From Octopus sinensis (taxonomy: Eukaryota), in assembly GCF_006345805.1 (NCBI RefSeq), contig NC_042998.1:141174001-141238000 (forward strand): a stretch of 64,000 bases of DNA. Reading direction: 5' to 3'. Made by a program: the position numbers and the translations under genes. The notes beneath the pieces are model-generated. The model was given only the letters and a program-made list of their open reading frames with translations, made no database searches and had not been told where the DNA came from. Below are positions 47,615 through 58,500 of the stretch, piece by piece (within the stretch, counting starts at the first letter, position 1; every line of letters starts with the position of its first letter).

Positions 47615-47846
47615 GGCGGCAAGCTGGCAGCATCGTTAGCACACTGGGCGAAATGCTTAGCAGTATTTCGTCAGCCGCTACGTTCTGAGTTCAAAATCCG
47701 CCGAGGTTGACTTTGCTTTTCATCCTTTTTGGGGTCGTTTAAATAAGTACCAGTTACGCACTAGGGTCGATGTAATCGACTTAATCTGTTTGTCTGTCCT
47801 TGTTTGTCCCTTCTATGTTTAGCCCCCCTGTGGGCAATAAATAAAT
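47615..47846 (+). mobile_element. tRNA-derived SINE family A, young copy with 15-bp TSD
   Basis: A box TGGCAGCATCGTTAGC, B box GAGTTCAAAATCC; TSD AAATAAGTAATAATA at 47597-47611 and 47847-47861. Other copies e.g. 4250-4445, 16020-16200, 29330-29480, 33470-33640, 36970-37130, 51725-51860, 52480-52690, 63480-63660. Confidence 0.9.
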
Positions 47847-47879
47847 AAATAAGTAATAATACTGTGGTTGGTTGGTGTA

Positions 47880-48095
47880 ATTTCTTGAGAGACGTAGCAT
47901 TTGCGAGCACACCCACAACTCGGTGGAGTGGATGCAGCAGGATGTCAGATTATTGTGGAAATAAAAGAATCGAAGTATATGCATCGGAAATATTACCAAG
48001 GAGAGTGGCATAACGGATACTGTGTGTTTGGTGCTGAAGGGATACAGGAAAGTGCTGCTTGATTGAGGTTCCCGATCGCATGCACGAAACATGTA
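47880..48095 (+). mobile_element. Merlin (IS1595/ISXO2-like) transposase fragment
   Basis: LGGVDAAG..IVEIKESKYMHRKYYQGEW....VFG / RDTGKCCLIEVPDR matches the Merlin VEIDESK..RKY.RG...WVFG..ER..KCF.VEVPDR signature. Confidence 0.8.
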
Positions 48096-49439
48096 TGTAT
48101 ACACATACAGACACACACATATACATACGATGGGCTTCCCTCGTTAACCAAATTCACCCACAAGGTACTGGGTTAATTCGGGTCTATTGTAAAGGAATTT
48201 TCTCAAAGCACCATGTATTGGAACTGAACTTGAGACAGCCATGTCTGCATCACCACAGCAATGTACTTTTTTTTTTAATGACTAACTGGTTTCAGTTTGA
48301 ATAAACGTTCTCAGATTAAGTCACTTGACAAGCAATCATAATTCTGAAGTACAAAAATTTAAGCCGTGAGAAAAAAATATTAGATCTAATCTAACGATTT
48401 GATTAGCTGGTTCGTATAATACAGAGGTTCTCAACATGGGCGGCACCGTCACCAAGGGGGCGCCGGGTTATGTCGAAGTGGAGAGGGCATTAGATTGGAG
48501 GGGGTAGTGAGGCGGGGCGGTGAGGTAACATAATTAACAAACTAAAGTTTGCATATAATAGTAATTATATAAACAACGGAATAATATGCAATATGTCAAG
48601 GAGACTTACGACTTCTTTTGACTCACATTGAACCTGATATAGAAAATGTAGATTTCACCAGGCACAGGGAAGTCATTAAGTTGCAACGCATAGAGAAAAT
48701 TTACAACTTTTGTCTTTTTTGGTGAGTGTGTTAGATAATAAGGCATTAAGACAGTATGACTCTCCCCAGACACAAAACAATTTTTTAATTATTCCACGTT
48801 AATCTGAGAAAGCTTATACAATCCATTTTTTTTAGTAAAATTTATAAATCACCATCCATGTTAAGTTGGTTTCGTTGTGATAATTCACTCGCCACTCAAG
48901 TGGGTGCTAGGCATAACAAATACTTAAAAAAGGGGCGTTAAGAGAGTTAGAGGTAATACTGCGAGGCATTTTATCCAACGCACTAACGATATCTCACAAA
49001 AAGAGGGTCAAGGCTTGAAATCATTTGATCAAAGGTCTGTTTGAGCGGAGCTGACCTTGGGCTAAACAACAACAACGATGACAAGAACAACAAGTAACAA
49101 GTTGTAGAAATAGTGGTAGTGGTAATAGTTGTAGTAGTAGTAGAAGTAATGGTGGTGGTCATTGTCGTAGTAGTAGTGATGGTTGTGCTAAAAGAAGGAG
49201 GAGGAAGGAAATTTAATAACATCACCGAGATTTTTTTATAAATAGACAAATATATCGGAATTTATTCAATCGATTTTACGTACCCCACAACTGCTACTAC
49301 AATGTGGCATTGAGCCAAACTTTAAAGCCTATGAATGAAACCTTTTAGTTTTTTTGGCAGTGTTTGTGATTGAAAAGACAGTTTAAATACTTGATATTGA
49401 GAGACAGAAACGAAATTTTAATATTTCATGAAAAGGATA

Positions 49440-49962
49440 CAGTGTTGCCTTACTTTACGAGGATCCACATTACGAGTTGTATTTTTCAAGCACAAGATCC
49501 AAATTTTGAACGAAGTGCAAAAGTTTATACTACCATAACAAAAGCTTTTGTGTGTTAGCGAGAAATTTATTGAGAGTGATAAAAGCTTCTAAGCAAACAA
49601 CTCTAGACTTGTTTTTAAAAATAAATCTACAAATCCGTCTACGAGTGCTTGTGAATCGGCAATCGCGTCCACAAGTGATGATGTGTGCCAGTCTAGTGCG
49701 AGTGAAAGTGATTCAGAAAACGATTGCAATAATAACATTTTTTATTAGAAATGATCTTGACATTCTTTTTACTTTACATAAAATATTCTTTACATTCTAC
49801 TGTTGTTTTATTGCCATTCATTTATGAATATTATAAATTTTATAGGTAAAATATTTTCTGGGAACGAATTACGATTTATAACATTACTACTATGGGAAAT
49901 TATTGCCCTGCTTTACGAGCGGCCTCCGGGAACAAATTAACTCGTATAACGAAGCATAACTG
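49440..49962 (+). mobile_element. Tigger-derived MITE (523 bp)
   Basis: TA flanks (49438-9, 49963-4); imperfect TIRs CAGT..TGC....TACGAG; internal QDPNFERSAKV...KQTTLDLF Tigger C-terminus. Confidence 0.75.
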
Positions 49963-50569
49963 TATAGAGAATTGGGGGCTATGATGCTTATATCGTTTCT
50001 GAACGTGAAATATCTATGACTAGGAATCAAGTCTCAGCTTGAGGAGAGTTTCCTGCTTATACTAAACCTGCCCAGACTCACCATTCATCATGATCACCAT
50101 CACCGTCACCATCATCATCACCATCTCCACCGCCGCTGCCACCACCACCACCACCACCACCACCAACATCTGAACATTATCTGTTTCGAGTCATAGGAAT
50201 CATAAAGCCGGGTATTCAATCTCCCCTAAACGGGATGCCAATCTGTCTCAGGGGCTACACATTCACAGCCGAGTGGATTGAAGCAGCGTGAAATGAAGTG
50301 TTTTACTAAAGAACATAACAGACTTCACCGTCCGGTTCGAGAATCGAAACCACGATTGTGAGTGGACCATCCTAACCACTAGGTCATTCAACTTCACTAG
50401 ATTCATACTGCTGCATACGCTATATAATTATTCGTCCCAACAGCATATCAGATCACGAAGTATAGTCCCCGGCTAGATTAAAGGAAGTGGTATATATCTT
50501 GAAACATGCCTGTGCGGGTCACGTCTCGTCAGTCGGTCGATGACCTGACCTACATAACCACTACCATGT

Positions 50570-50760
50570 GGAGGCGCAATGGCCCGGTGGTTAGAGCAGC
50601 GGACTCGCGGCCGTAAGAACGCGGTTTCGATTCCCAGACCGGGCATTGTGAGTGTTTATTGACCAAAAACACCTAAGCTCCACGAGGCTCCGGCGGGGAG
50701 GGTTGGTGAACCCCGCTGTACGCTTTTACCACACCTTTCTCTCACTCTTTCTTCCTACTT
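50570..50760 (+). mobile_element. tRNA-derived SINE family E head (related copies ~63750-64000 +, ~32330-32520 -, ~50200-50390 -)
   Basis: A box TGGCCCGGTGG, B box GTTTCGATTCC, no cloverleaf acceptor stem. Confidence 0.7.
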
Positions 50761-50974
50761 CTGCCACAAAGCAGAGGAACCATGGTGTAACCCACTATGG
50801 TGTGGTAAACTTTCAGACCCTAGTCTAGATTGCGAATCCTCTTTACCCCAGGATGGTTCAGCTCTCCACCCGTTAAAAGCCACCATTTACGGAATGAGGA
50901 TAACAACGTAGCTTTCGCGCCCGTGCAACCGCCAGTCTATCGCGTGTAGTGGGTGGATCTTCAAGCTACCGCAA

Positions 50975-51716
50975 TTCATATAGTAACGCTTGAAGATAGC
51001 AATTATTCACTGATCCATTGGCTGCCGAAAAAATGTGGTGTTCGGAGGGAGGTATACGACGGTAACGTTAGAGTAAAAATCTACGTTGTTTTGTGGGTGA
51101 CCAGGAGTATTATCTAAGATAGGTAAAACCTTAAAAGGAATCCCCTTCTCCTTACAGTACGTCTCTGCTGCTGGGATAAAATGATTGAAGAACCAATCTT
51201 CAAAAACAACAGTAACCCATGCTTTTGAATTAGCCATCAATATAACAGGGAGAGATGCCTTGGGTATGTTCTTCAGGGCACGGGGGGTTGTGTGCATGAT
51301 ACACAAGCAATGGTTTTAACTTAAAATTTCCTGCACAGTTATCTCCCAATATAATGGTCACACATTCTTTTGAGACCTTGTAGCCTGGAATAGTTTTCTC
51401 CTCCTTGGAAATGAATGAACGGTCTGGCAATTTTTTCCAATACAATCCAGTTTCATCCGTTAAAAATCTGCTCGGAATAAAACTCGTTTTCTTCGATGAT
51501 TTTCTTTAATGCATTAGGAAATTCCGCTGTTGCCTGTTCGTCAGGTGATGCACTTTCACCTTACTTCTTAATGGAGTGATAACTTCTTCGTTCCTTAAAT
51601 CTCACGAACCATCCTTCACTTGCCTTGAACTCTACATCTTTCTCATCTAGATACTTTTTCTTCAGGTCCTCAAACAAAGACAACACTTTCTCTTGAATGA
51701 TTTCTTGACGATTCAA
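50975..51716 (-). mobile_element. Tigger/pogo DDE transposase fragment, frameshifted
   Basis: FKASEGWF, DETGLYWKK, KLKPLLVY, LDNTPGHP, LPPNTT..QPMDQ. Confidence 0.9.
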
Positions 51717-51984
51717 CCTAACAATCCTATTTCTTTACTACCCACAAGGGGCTAAACACAGAGGGGACAAACAAGGACAGACAAACGGATTAAGTCGATT
51801 ATATCGACCCCAGTGCGTAACTGGTACTTGTTTTAATCGACCCCAAAAGGTTGAACAGGATGTGGACATCATAAATCAAGTAAAAAAAAAAAGGAAAAAC
51901 AATGAAAGCTAGAAGTACAGGCATAAAACACAGAATAAACAGAGGATAGAAAAGTGAACAGTAAAAGAGTCACGAAGAAAAAAG

Positions 51985-52190
51985 AGCTCATAGACATGTT
52001 AGGATGGAATTTTTGAAGGAAGCCGTGTCCAGACAGTTGACAACTGAAGCAGGTAGCTTATTCCATACTTCGACAATTCTGAGTGTGAAAAGACGACGAA
52101 GCAGCTACGAAAAGCATTTCGCACGAGTGATTGAAAGTCTTAGCACTGTGTAGCGTGTTGAAGTGGTAGTGATTGTTTTGTGAAGTAAAA
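51985..52190 (-). mobile_element. 3' fragment of a related CR1-group LINE
   Basis: Translates LFTLRIVEVWNKLPASVVNCLDTASFK, near-identical to the C-terminus of the 44-46.7 kb ORF. Confidence 0.8.
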
Positions 52191-54850
52191 TATCAGGCTA
52201 AAGAGTTGCCCACTAAAAATGGCAGCCAAATCTCCCTCAATACGTCTTAAATAAAGATGAACATAATAGATAACAAAGTGTCTGATACACAAAATGACAG
52301 GACAGTTACGACTGAAACGATTTTAATTTTGAAAAGCGGGGAAACTGCAGAGAGTTGGTGTCGGTAATAAAGAGCAATAAAATTGAGATATGTTAGTTAT
52401 ACTGACTGAACTTTAAAGAAGAGAACTAAGGGAGATAAGAATATATAGAGAGTTACCTCCCTTAATTTTCTATATATTTCTTTACTATCCACAAGGGGCT
52501 AAACACAGGGAGGACAAACAAGCGGATTAAGTCGATTACATCCACCCCAGTGCGTAACTGGTACTTAATTTATCGACACCGAAAGGATGAAAGGCAAAGT
52601 CGACCTCGGCGGAATTTGAACTCAGAACGTAACGACAGACGAAATACGGCCACGCATTTCGCCCGGCGTGCTAACGTTTCTGCCAGCTCAAGCTATATTC
52701 TAGTATTGTCTATAAGAGGAATGTATGTGCGTGTTTGTGCGCGCGCACGCGTATGTGAGTTAGTGTATGCAGAGTGTGTGTGTGTGAAAGAGAGAGAGAG
52801 CATTAATTCCTAGAAGTCAAAACCTCTCTTATGATAAAGAATACATCATATTTTGAAAGAAAAACTTCCTCTCTTGTGTCAGTAAGCGTTTTTATGTTGA
52901 CTACCACCGTTTTCCTTCTTGAAGCTTAGTCAGAAGACGAAAGCCAGAATCCAAGACTTATTTTAGCAGGGTTGTAGAACTGGCGAGTAAGAAATGACAA
53001 ATCACATTAAGAAGCAGTGGGAGTTGATGAAGTAAACTTCGTATGAAAGACATGGCCTGAAATTAAAAAAAAATTTTTTAAGTGATGGGTCGTTGGTGAT
53101 TTAAACCAGACGAACATGTACAGCGCAACAGGAAACGGAATGGGACGACTGGGCGCAGCTGTTTGGACACTGACGATTTCACACGGCTGACTCACTAGAC
53201 ATTCCCCCTCTTTTGGAGACAATGCTTTTTGACACTGGAGGCTAACACGTACGCGCAGAAATATACACATATAGATAGAAAGGTGGGGTGGGAAAATTAA
53301 AGTCAAATAAATCAGAGACCAAATAAGTAGAGCCAAAACAGCTGTGCCCAAACGCCTCATACCCATTCGGAAAAGCTTCAGCACAGTTTCTGCTTTCACA
53401 ACTTCGCTTATAAAGGTTTTGTTGAAGCCGATGCTATGGCAGAAGACACTTGTTTAAGCTGCCGCGAGTCAGCGAAGTAAACTTCTAAGTCATAGGTGCG
53501 CGTTTGGGGGCTTCCATTAGTCAATCCTGACCACGCATCTGCCCATATGTGTTCGGATAGACAAAAGTTTTTTTCTAACAAAACTAGTTGTTACCCATAC
53601 ATACAAGTTTCTCTTCATGCTACAGATGTTTATCCAAGAGCAAAGCCACCGACTTACACACATATAACTCCACACCAGTGTTGTCACAGACGTTGCTGTC
53701 GGAACTCAAAAAGGCAGAGCAGATACCACAAGTCATTTTGTCCGACCCTGTAATAGCTCCACCAATCCTTAGCCTGGGTTGGCATTTTTTTCCTTCTTTT
53801 TCTTTAATGACTCTGGAATAATGAAAGGCAAAGTTTGACTTCAGTGGGGTAAATTGAGACATTTAATTCGCTGCTAACAGAGAATTATATCGTATTGTCC
53901 TCTCTCATAATTCAGTAACATAAACTAAAACCACAACTTTATTAAATCAACTAATTTCTCGAAAATAAGGGACTTAAACATTTAGGGATAAAATAATATT
54001 GAAGTTACTTCCCTTATTATGGATACACCAGTGAATTCGCATAATTGTTGGAGCATCAAACGAAATGCCTGACTCTTTTTACGTGCTGAATTCAAATCCG
54101 CATAAATAAACTCTACCTTTCATCCTCCAGTGGTCGGTAAAAATAAAGCACCAGTCAAGTACTGAAGTCAATTTAGTAAACTAACCTTTGAGGCTTTGTG
54201 CCTAATGTTCGTTTTGACTCAAACATGAGAGTTGTACCCATGAATTCGGAAAGATCCCCGGTGAGACTAGTGACATCAGTGCGGTAATCATTGATCCAGA
54301 TAGATGAAAGGCAGAGTCATCTCCGCTAGGATTTGAACTCATAAATTAACGGGTACTTCATAGTATTTAATAATTTTCATTTCTGAAAGGCTTATCATCT
54401 CGACTTTTAACTTGGGGTTGAGACAGAGAAAATGTCTTGAACCACGAAGCAGCAACTGAATTATTTACATCAGAAAAATTACTTTTTCTGTCATTTATAG
54501 TGCAATGAGGGTGGTGATATTATGGGCCGTTCATGACTTCCTCAAATGCATTAACCTATAAAGTTTTGGGATTTGCACTTACATAGCATGGAATGCTGAG
54601 CACATTTTATGAAAATGAGACTACCATGTATACATAAAAAAAAAAAAAAAAAAATTAAAATATCTTTCTAGTATATAATGGTGGCAAGTTTTACATCATC
54701 TGAAAAGTCAGTTGAACTATTAGTCCTCTTGCATTCTGGGGGGTATCGGAACATTTGAGTAACATTAGACCCCAACAAACGCCAATAAATCAAATGCATC
54801 TATCTGGGCCACGATCGTGGACTGTCGACCTGTGGCTCGTCGCGCTTTAT

Positions 54851-54929
54851 GTGTTAATGACACACGTGTATCAAAAGAGATGCCAGCGGTGTTAATGACA
54901 CACGTGTATCAAAAGAGATGCCAGCGGTG
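54851..54929. repeat. Perfect 38-bp tandem duplication containing CACGTG
   Basis: GTGTTAATGACACACGTGTATCAAAAGAGATGCCAGCG twice (54851-54888, 54889-54926). Confidence 0.95.
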
Positions 54930-55379
54930 ATGGAACCTGAGTTAGACACTTAGAATTGTAAACAATTATTGTGTACAGTCTTATTTAACATGCCATTCAT
55001 GGCTGCGTTCGCAATTATTAATTTCTAACGCTGGCACAAAAGTCACAAACGATATAATTAACTGCAAACAAGTAATCTTTTTGATTTACTGTAGTAAAAT
55101 CGAAAAGGCAGTATCCATTTTAATGAAACGATATTGGAATTCACACAAGTATATATATTTTATATACATTATATTTGAAGTAAAATGGCAACATAGTAAG
55201 ACGGTAGGTTTCTTACAATGCAAAAAGGGGAAAAGTTAACCTTTTAGCTTTTCTCTCTCTCTCTCTCTCTTTAAGTCATATTTTACTTCATTTACGAAAG
55301 AAAAGGAAAAAGAACATAAAAATGAAATCTATCAATAAATAATCAAAGTCGAGACCTGTCCAACATATTCGATTATATA

Positions 55380-55507
55380 CAAACGAGGTCAAAGGACAAA
55401 CGGAAGTCAACCGGCAACTCTGATATCAACAACGTTGTATACACAGGAAGTTGTAGCAATAGAGTCGTTCTTCCGGTTGCCACGCCAGCACACGATTCTC
55501 TTCAAAA
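55380..55507 (+). promoter_or_regulatory. KRTCAP2 promoter / 5' UTR region
   Basis: CpG-rich with ETS-like CGGAAGT, CAGGAAGT and TTCCGG motifs upstream of the ATG. Confidence 0.45.
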
Positions 55508-55511
55508 ATGG
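55508..55511 (+). CDS. KRTCAP2: KRTCAP2 exon 1 coding part (ATGG)
   Basis: aaaATGG|GTAAGA in a CpG-rich region; phase 1 fits exon 2. Confidence 0.8.
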
Positions 55512-58500
55512 GTAAGAAGACAAACACGAACATATTTTTATCCTTAATTGTTAATTTTATTTTATTTCCTTTTGTATTTTAAAATATCTTTTAATATAAT
55601 GAGTGAGATGTTGTTTTATCTCACTGTCTTTGTTATCGTTGTTCTTTTGAATGATTTTGTCGTGTTGTCGTTCATCCACGCCTGTATTTTGAACCAGAAT
55701 CACAATTTCGACCTGCTAGAATTAGCAACCAATTTTCCCTTATATCACACTCTATTAAAACAGAAACTACATTTTGGGGCGATCTTTCGTCTCTAGTAGA
55801 CCTTTCCGTCGATTTCCGTAAAAAAATTTTTTTTTTTACATATGGGCTTGCGGGAACTTTTGAAGTAATATACATACACATACACCGAGTAAAAAATTTC
55901 AGTTATCTCTTTCTTTCACACATTACTCTGTCTCTTCACACATACTAACAGAAGCACTTCACTTACACAACATACTGTCTGTCTCCCACACCCCATCAAA
56001 CACACACACATGTACATCAATGCTTCCCATGCACGGTAACTTCAAAAGAATTTCCCTCGTCATACAATCGCTTTCTCTTAGTATCTTTCGCTCTTATTAC
56101 TTCAAAAGTTCCCGCAAGCCCATATGTAAAAAAAAAAAAAATTTTACGGAAATCGACGGAAAGGTCTACTAGAGACGAAAGATTGCCTCAGGCCCTTTAC
56201 TTATATACGTACCTATATGTTATTATCTAGATCCGCACCCGGTGGGAAAAATGGAAACGAAAATGTGTAACAGTTGTAATGCATTGTATATTAAAGGAAT
56301 ATGAGGATCTAGATACTAACCAAACCGTTTCAAACCAACATCTATGTGATCGCTCTGTCTGGTAGAAGCAGCAGCTAAATTTCCCCTTATATCGCAACCT
56401 ACTGTATTGAAACAGGAAGGACACGTTTAACGGGATAGTCTTCGATTCACAAATTTGTGAGATTGGATACTCACGAATGAAAGGCTTTCGATCATAAATA
56501 GGCTTGTTGCATCCAGACTGACATGTGGCTAAATAACAACTACATTATTCAGTTTAATGTATTATAATAAATGTGAGTATAATGTCGATGCATTCATTCA
56601 TAGTGTTCAGCTTTTAATCTGAGGCTGATATATTTACGACTGTGATGTTATTTAAAAAGCTCGGTCTTTAATGTTCGACACGATGACCTGTTAGAATCGT
56701 TTAGAATTTCTTCCGACGCTTTACGTTTGAAGTTCAGATTCCACTGAGGTAGTCTTTGCCTTTCATCCTTTCGGGGTCGTTAAAACCTGCCAGTTGAGCA
56801 CTGGGCTCGAAGTATCGATTTACATCCAGCCCTAAAATTGCTGGCCTTGTGCCAAAATTTGAAACCGTTATTTGCTTTGTTCTATTTATTACATTTTTCT
56901 GGCAGAATCTTATAATATAAATTGGTTGTACATATTGAATTACAGTGTGTGTGTATATATATAAAGCATTGCCCAAGTTTCTTAACGCAGCAGACGTGTA
57001 CTCAATGGAAGATGTGTAGATATATGAGGGTCTACGTAGCGTTCATGTTTATGGATGCGTGTATTTAGGTGTAGGTGTATAGTGTGTATAGATGTCGTGT
57101 GTGTGTGTGTATACTATTGCGTATCTATTGATATGCGTGTGCAAATGTATTGATACATATGAATTCAGGTATATGTGTCTTTAGACGTATATCTATGCTA
57201 ATATGTATATAACTGTATTTATCTTTTAGTAAAAAGAAAGGGGTAGTGCCCGCGACCTTTTACAGAGTCTCTAAAATAAGTGAGAGGGACGGGGAGGGAG
57301 GAAAGTATCCTCAAACTGGTGATATGGCCGGTTCCCAATGGGGGTCCATATACGAGTTAGTTGTTAAAATTTATGTGCAATAAATTCGTTATATTTCAGC
57401 AATACATAAAATATTTAATTTTTAATGCAATACCAAATCATAGTTATAAAAATATAAAAGAATTTTTTAAACATTGAATAGCTATGAGAGTCCATCCTAG
57501 TAAATTATCAATTAAAGGAATCCATGGGTAAAAAATGGTTGAGAACCACTGATCTAAAGGCACCTAAAGATCAGCTGGAGATTTTAAACCAAGCAAGTGA
57601 GCTGCAGAAGGATTTGAAGTCAAAATGCAAAGAACCAGAACAAATAGTACAAAGTTCTAACATTTCTGTCAGTTTACCACCCAAGACAGGTATTTTTCCT
57701 ATTGATTCTAGATGGATGAAAGGCAAAGTTTACCTCAGCAGGATTTGAACTCAGAGCACAAAGTACTGGAATAAATACCTATTTCTTTACTATCCACAAG
57801 GGGCTAAACACAGAGGAGACAAACAAGGACAGACAGACGGAGGATTAAGTCGATTATATCGACCCCAGTGCGTAACTGGTACTTATTTAATCGACCCTGA
57901 AAGGATGAAAGGCAAAGTCGACCTCTGCGGAATTTGAACTCAGAACGTAGCAGCAGACGAAATACTGCTAAGCATTTCGCCCGTCGTGCTAACGTTTCTG
58001 CCAGCTAACCGCCTGGAATAAATACCACAAAGCATTTTGTTCAGTGTTCTAATGACTCTACTTTTCTGCTACCTGAATGTATGTGTATAGTTGTATATAT
58101 ATTTTACCCTTTAGCATTCAGATTTCTTTGTCCAATATGTCGCTTATTTATTCACATTGTTTTGAATTAATCATGCATTATCTCAAGGCTTCAAGATTTC
58201 CTTGATGTGATTGTATATTTTTAGAATGACATTGTAGGGGAGGTGTGAGAGGTTGGATCTTGTCAGTTTTAACTTAAAACAGATAGAAAATTTGGGCTGG
58301 AAATGGCTGGTTTAAATGTTAATGGGTTAATGGTTTGTATAGCCTTGTTATGTTCTGGCTATGACTTTAAACCTCATCCAGTAGTGGAGCCCTGATTCAG
58401 AAATTCCAGGGTCTTGAGAAATGTGGAATCACCCGTTAGCCACTATTGTTCCCAGATTTACACTCACATGGTGTAGTAGCATCTTTCAGGGTTCCAACTA

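Noticed and set aside
50571-50646. tRNA gene candidate
   Set aside because: A and B boxes are present but there is no acceptor stem or anticodon arm; it continues into a SINE body. No true tRNA or rRNA gene was seen in the window.
53007-53399. 130-aa ORF resembling a signal-anchored membrane protein
   Set aside because: It starts inside a SINE remnant and crosses an inverted repeat and a microsatellite-like tract; there is no recognisable domain or splice context.
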